DNA of 64,000 nt from Planctomycetota bacterium (GTDB lineage: Bacteria; Planctomycetota; J058; J103). Positions 56,810 through 64,000 of this stretch are shown in pieces. Position 1 is the first letter of the stretch. Every line of letters begins with the position of its first letter. The DNA lies in NCBI GenBank assembly GCA_026004615.1, contig BPJM01000001.1:251482-315481 (forward strand), written 5' to 3'. The translations under genes were made by a program, and so were the position numbers. The notes under the pieces are model-generated. The model was not told the origin of the DNA and ran no database searches. It saw only the letters and a program-made list of their open reading frames with translations.

Positions 56810-57888
56810 TTGATCCGGAGGCGGACCGTAGCCCCCTGCGGGGCAGGACTGGTACTGGCCGCGGCGGTGGCCCTGGGCGGGCTGCTCGGCCGGCAGCTCG
56901 GATCGCCAGCCCCGCCAGCAGCCGGCGCGCCCCTTCCGTCCCGGCGCAAGGCGAGGCTCCGGCAGGCCGCGTGTCTGCTGCCGACCCCGACCCGAGACCC
57001 CTGCCGCCACCGCCTCCCGGCCCCGGCGTCCCGGCGCGGCCGCGCTGGGCAGCTGGGCCGCCGATCTGCCCCAGCCGGCGACGGCCGAGGACGCGGCTCC
57101 GCCGGCACCGGATGGCGAGCCGGCCTCCGCGCCCACCCCCGAAGGCCCACCCGCTTCGGCCGGCGCGCCGCTCGCCGGGCAGCCGGAGCCCCTTGCCGGC
57201 AGTGCCCCGCCAACCCGCCGCGTTCGAGCCGCTTCGTCCCCTCGTGGTTCGACGGCGAGCGCACTGCCTCGCACGCCGGTGCGGGCGCGGCTGCTCCCGC
57301 CCGGCGAAGGGCTGGAGAGGGGACCGACGTCCCGCGCGGAGACCTCGCCTGCGAGGCGGCACGGGTCGAGCAGGCGATCGACGGCGATACCCTGCGGCTC
57401 GCCGACGGCCGGCGCGTGCGGCTGATCGGGGTGAATGCCCCCCGAGCGCGGCGAGCCGCTGTACGAGGAGGCTACCCGGCTACTGTCCCACTGGACGAAG
57501 GGCCGCGAGGTCACGCTGTGCTGGGAGGTGGAGCGGGAGGACTTCTACGGGCGCGCCCTCGCGCACGTCTGGGTGGGCGAGCGGCTGGTGAGCGCCGTGC
57601 TGGTGCGCCACGGCCTGGCGCACGTCTACACCTTTCCGCCCAACGTGCGCTTCGCCCAGACGCTGGTCGCGCTCCAGCGCCAGGCGCGGGCCGAGGGCCT
57701 GGGATTGTGGAGTCTGCCGCCGCCGGCGCCGGAAGAGATCTACCTCGCCGGGGCGCGGCAGGCGCACTTCCACCGCCCGAGCTGCGAGATCGCGCGCCGC
57801 ATCCGGCCGGAAGATCGCTGCGGTCTTCCACTCGCGCGACGCGGCCTTCGACAGCGGCCGCGGTGCCTGCAGCCGGTGCCGCCCCTGA
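56810..57888 (+). pseudogene. secreted thermonuclease (SNase-like) with C-terminal Cys-rich motif; at least two frameshifts
   Basis: TTG at 56810 after GGGGAGGAG gives the signal anchor (CGAGLVLAAAVALGGLLG). SNase core in frame 2: VEQAIDGDTLRLADGRRVRLIGVNAP. After the C6 run at 57438-57443 it continues in frame 0: [68 protein letters not shown]. It ends in frame 1: [23 protein letters not shown], stop 57886-57888. The linker between the signal and the core is not resolved. Confidence 0.6.
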
Positions 57889-58069
57889 TGGTGCGGCCGC
57901 CGCTGGAGGGTGCCCGAGCTGCCGGAGCCCGCGGGCGCCGGCGCCGGCCTCCGGCAGCCAGCCGCCCACCTGCGGGCGCCGCCCCGCCACCCGCGCCCTG
58001 GCGGTAGGTGGCGGGGGGCGGCGGCGGCAGGCCCGCCCGGAGCCCCTGACCGGCTGCCCTGCGAGCGGA

Positions 58070-60629
<2,560 letters not shown>

Positions 60630-60995
60630 CGCGCTCTTGCCCTTCCTCTGCGTGTCTCGTCGTCGCGGCGCGCCGGCAGCCAGTCCGCCGTGCCGCGGGG
60701 TCCTGTTTTTCGACCCCTGCTCTCGGACGTCGGGCCTATCGTACTTCCGCGCCGGGCGAGCTGCAAGCGAACCAGGCCCCGCGCGAGCCATCGGCGCCCA
60801 TCCTCCAGTATGGCGCCGCCATTCCCGCCTGCCCGGCGGTGCCGCCGGCGCGAGGCGTCCGGGCCGCCCCCGGCCGGCACTCGCTCCGGCCCTCCGGCCC
60901 GCCGCGCCCGCGGTGCGCCAGCGGCGCGCGCCGGCGGGCAGCGCTCCCCGAACCGCTCTCCCCTGCGCCACCGCTGCCGGATGGAGCAGACCGTA

Positions 60996-62089
60996 TCAGA
61001 CGGGCTGTAGCGGGCCCAACACGGAGCGGATGAACTCGGCGCGCTTGATGTCGCGCTCGCGCGACTCCAGCGGACCGCCGTGCATGCGCTGCAGGGTGCC
61101 CGGGCCTGGGTGTGGATGAACAGCCGATTGACCGTGGCGATGGACAGGCCGGGCAGTACCCCGAGATGGACCCCCATCCGCACCGCGCTCAACAGGTCCA
61201 TCGTCCTCCTCGCTCGTGATGCTGCGTGCCGCCCGCAGCATCCCGTAGGCGCGGCCAGATCCTGTCCTCCAGCATGGTGCGGTTGTCGGCCAGCAGGGCC
61301 TCGCGCACCGCGCGCTCGTACTTGACGATCTGCGGCACGACCTCCTTGATCTGGGTCAGGATCTGCTCCTCGCTCCGCCCGAGTGTCACCTGGTTGGAGA
61401 TCTGGTACAGATCCCCGCTCGCCTGCGTACCCTCGCCGTAGAAGCCCCGCACCGCGAGGTTGATCTTGCTCACCGCCTGGAAGACGCGCTCGATCTGTTT
61501 GGTCATGACCAGCGCCGGCAGATGGAGCATGACCGAGATCCTGAGCCCGGTACCGCAGTTCGTCGGGCATGCGGTGAGATAGCCGAACTGGGTGCTGAAC
61601 GCGTAGGGCACCACCCGTTCCAGCCGATCGTCGATCTCGGCGACCTGATTCCACGCCGCGTCCGGCTCGAAGCCAGACCGCAGGACCTGGATCCGGAGGT
61701 GGTCCTCCTCGTTGACCATGATGCTGACGGATTCGCGGCGGCCGCACGCCACCCCCGCGCTCACCCTCGCCCGCCGCCAGCTCCTTCGAGATCACGTGGC
61801 GCTCGACCAGGCACTGCCGGTCCACCGGCCCCGTCTCGGCGAGGTTCGCGTACACCAGCGGCCCGCGCCCGACGGCATCGTCCAGGTCCAGCTCGTCGAT
61901 GCCGGCCTGGGCGAATGCAGGTGCGCAGCCGCTGCTCCAGCTCCGCCCGCTGGCGCGGGCTGGCGCGGGTCAGAAACGGGGCAATCGGCGAGATTGCGCG
62001 CCAGGCGGATCCGGGTCGAGACGACGATGTCGGCGTCGGCCCCGCGCGCGCTGAGCCACTCGCCCAGGCCGCTCGCCGAACGACTCCAT
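60996..62089 (-). pseudogene. mcsB: protein arginine kinase McsB (ATP:guanido phosphotransferase), frameshifted several times
   Basis: Central intact block (61189..61764 frame): SIMVNEEDHLRIQV..FGYLTACPTNCGTGLRISVMLHLPAL..AVRGFYGEGTQASGDLYQISNQVTLG. N-terminal pieces (VVSTRIRLARNLADCPF / VYANLAETGPVDRQCLVERHVIS) and C-terminal pieces (DLLSAVRMGVHLGVLPGLS..NRLFIHTQ / GTLQRMHGG..RERDIKRAEFIR) lie in other frames. Confidence 0.8.
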
Positions 62090-62137
62090 GAGCGCCACGT
62101 CGCGCTGCTCCGGCACCCCCTTCCCCCCGGTCCGCCC

Positions 62138-62663
62138 TCAGGCGCGCTCGCGTTCCTCGAGCACGTAGATCTCGTCGCGCAGCTTGGCGGCGCGCCTCGT
62201 AGTCCTCGCCCTGGATGGCGCGGTTCAGCTCCTCGCGCAGCGCCGCGACCTCGCGGCGCCGCTGCAGCCGCTCGTGGACCTGCCGCGGCACCCGCCCGGT
62301 GTGCTGGGTGCTACCGTGGATCTTCTCGCACAGCTGCAACAGTCCGCGCCGGAATGCGACGTAGTCGTTCGCGCAGCCCAGGCGCCCGGAGGCGCGGAAC
62401 TGGGCGAACGTGATCCCGCACACCGGACAGGACAGCGCCGACAGCTCATCCTGGCGCACCAGCGCTCCCGACGCCGCCTTCAGCAACGACGCTCCGATCG
62501 CGACCGCCGCCCCCGCCACCGCCGAGGTATCCAGCTCCGGCTGCACGCTGATGCCCTTGTTGCGGGCGCAGTCCTCGCACAGGTGGCGCTCGCTCTTCTT
62601 CTGGTTGACGATCTCGGTCAACTTGACCGTCGCCACATTCTGACCGCACTCATCGCACAGCAT
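62138..62663 (-). pseudogene. mcsA: McsA (zinc-finger plus UVR-motif activator of McsB); one frameshift near 62190
   Basis: ATG at 62663: MLCDECGQNVATVKLTEIVNQKKSERHLCEDCA..LSCPVCGITFAQF..GRLGCANDY..HTGRVP..REELNRAIQGEDYE. The UVR motif AAKLRDEIYVLEERERA* is then reached only after dropping one base (GAGGCG[C]GCCGCCAAG). Confidence 0.78.
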
Positions 62664-62668
62664 GGCGC

Positions 62669-63049
62669 TCACCCCTCGCGCGGCTCCCGGCGGTAGGTCG
62701 CCGCCGAGCGCTCGTTCTCCCATACCGTCACCGCATCGACCGCGATGCCTTCCGGCATCCTCGGCTCCAGCTCCGCGAAGATGTAGTGCGCGAGGTGTTC
62801 CGCCGTCGGATTGCGGACCTGAAACGCCGGCAGCTCGTTCAGGTCCTGGTGATCCAGCCCCGCCAGGAGCGCTCGCACGATCCGCTTGAGCTCGGCGAAG
62901 TCCATCAGCAGCCCCGCCGGCCCCAGCTGCGAGCCCCGCACCGCCACCTCGACCCGGAAGTTGTGCCCGTGGGGCCGGGCGCACTTGCCGTCGTACTCGC
63001 GCAATGCGTGCGCGGCGGCGAATTCCTCGCACACCGTCAGGAGGTACAT
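62669..63049 (-). CDS. queD: 6-carboxy-5,6,7,8-tetrahydropterin synthase QueD (PTPS family)
   Basis: MYLLTVCEEFAAAHALREYDGKCARPHGHNFRVEV..LLMDFAELK..LDHQDLNE..NPTAEHLA.YI. An alternative GTG start lies at 63070. The stop is 5 nt before mcsA. Confidence 0.85.
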   Translation of the reverse strand: MYLLTVCEEFAAAHALREYDGKCARPHGHNFRVEVAVRGSQLGPAGLLMDFAELKRIVRALLAGLDHQDLNELPAFQVRNPTAEHLAHYIFAELEPRMPEGIAVDAVTVWENERSAATYRREPREG

Positions 63050-63410
63050 GTCGGCCACCGTAGGTCGCACGGTGCGGAGCGCCGGTCCGCGTCGAGGCCA
63101 GGCCCTTCGCCCGCAAACATAAGTCTTTGCCGGGCTTATATGTGCGTCCGTCCTACCCGTTCTGGATTCTAGCAGCCCGGCTCGGGGGTGTCAAGGCGAG
63201 CCAGCCCGCGCAGGCGCTCCCGGCAAGGAGCTGCGGCTAGGCGCCGGGGTGTCAACTTGACAGCTCGGGCTCATCCAAATAGCATGGGGCGTCCGTTCCG
63301 GGACGTGCGCGGCACTTCCGCGGGGCGGCGGGTGCGGGGAGCCGCCGGGGCGCCCCTCGGGCGTGCCCGTGCGTCCCCGTTGTGTTGTTTCTATGGAGCC
63401 CACCGTGGGA

Positions 63411-64000
63411 ATGGGAAGCGAACTGCTGCGGCTGGTCGATGTGATCCAGCGCGAGAAGCACATCGACAAGGAGGCCGTGTTCGAGGGGCTGGAGCAGGCG
63501 CTGCTCGCCGCGGCGCGCAAGCGGCTGCCCAATCCGGATGAGGTCTCGGTGCACATCGACCGGCAGACGGGCGAGATCTCCGCCTACGAGGGCACGCGGC
63601 CGATCGACCCGGCGGAGCTGGGTCGGATCGCGGCGCTGACCGCCAAGCAGGTCATGATCCAGAAGTTCCGCGAGGCGGAACGGGACGTGATCTACGAGGA
63701 GTTCGAGGGCAAGGTCGGCGAGATGATCACCGGCTTCGTGCAGCGCGTCGAGCGCTCGCACGTGATCATCAGCCTCGGCCGCTCGGAGGCGATCCTGCCG
63801 GCACGCGAGCAGCCCGCCGGCGAGTCCTATCACGTCGGCGAGCGCATCAAGGCCCTCATCATCGACGTGCGCAAGGTCGGCCAGCGCGTCCGCATCGTCT
63901 GTTCGCGCTCGCATCCCGACATCGTCCGCACGCTGTTCGCGCTCGAGGTTCCGGAGATCCAGGACCGGGTCGTCGAGATCAAGGGCATCGCCCGCGATCC
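63411..64000 (+). CDS. nusA: transcription termination/antitermination factor NusA, 3'-partial
   Basis: MGSELLRLVDVIQREKHIDKEAVFEGLEQALLAAARKR.., the S1 domain (MITGFVQRVERSHVIISLGRSEAILPAREQ..GE.Y..GERIKALI.DV) and ..RSHPDIVRTLFALEVPEIQDRVVEIKGIARD. The frame is open to the window end. An in-frame alternative ATG lies at 63393. Confidence 0.9.
   Translation, partial: MGSELLRLVDVIQREKHIDKEAVFEGLEQALLAAARKRLPNPDEVSVHIDRQTGEISAYEGTRPIDPAELGRIAALTAKQVMIQKFREAERDVIYEEFEGKVGEMITGFVQRVERSHVIISLGRSEAILPAREQPAGESYHVGERIKALIIDVRKVGQRVRIVCSRSHPDIVRTLFALEVPEIQDRVVEIKGIARD

Overview
A very GC-rich (about 70% or more by eye) bacterial chromosomal segment. I cannot assign a lineage. Zinc-ribbon/DUF1080-like membrane proteins, giant beta-helix/PKD surface proteins and 'PLSP..GRG'-type palindromic repeats are reminiscent of planctomycete- or myxobacteria-like genomes. 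I support about 50 protein genes, one tRNA-Arg(UCU), three copies of a palindromic intergenic repeat, one textbook intrinsic terminator and a few sigma70-like promoters. I see no rRNA, CRISPR, transposase or integrase. Many of the longest ORFs in the track are GC-driven antisense artefacts (Arg/Ala/Pro/Gly-rich) and were discarded. Ordinary content: tandem amidohydrolase, MrfA/MrfB-like helicase plus exonuclease, HtrA, GNAT, thiS-thiG, CPBP protease, cyclase, corA, SRPBCC-epimerase, mltA, a 1539-aa repeat surface protein, SDR, DUF309, a USP/ATPase/GT4/FkbM operon, glpK, cysteine-dioxygenase-like cupin, TetR, methylmalonyl-CoA epimerase, Kelch/IPT lipoprotein, thermonuclease, queD-mcsA-mcsB-clpC and nusA (3' partial). 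Main finding: 37.7-51.8 kb is one co-directional minus-strand cluster encoding three ESCRT-III/Snf7-like proteins (one strikingly CHMP-like, starting MGLFKSK), two Vps4-like MIT+AAA ATPases of the meiotic clade, two Ser/Thr kinases (one fused to FHA and RDD domains), an SPFH-like/coiled-coil/beta-propeller protein, a polytopic membrane protein, a MerR-type HTH protein and an all-helical protein. I read this as a candidate bacterial ESCRT-like membrane-remodelling system under phospho-control. Second finding: a mec (JAMM) - CysO~rhodanese~MoeZ triple fusion - cysM cysteine-biosynthesis module in which the ubiquitin-like carrier's GG motif lies inside the E1 polypeptide. Data-quality caveat: isolated frameshifts sit on G/C homopolymers and look like sequencing artefacts. 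The 55.3-62.7 kb region (clpC operon, nuclease) has a far denser, non-homopolymer frameshift load, which means either real gene decay or a bad assembly patch.
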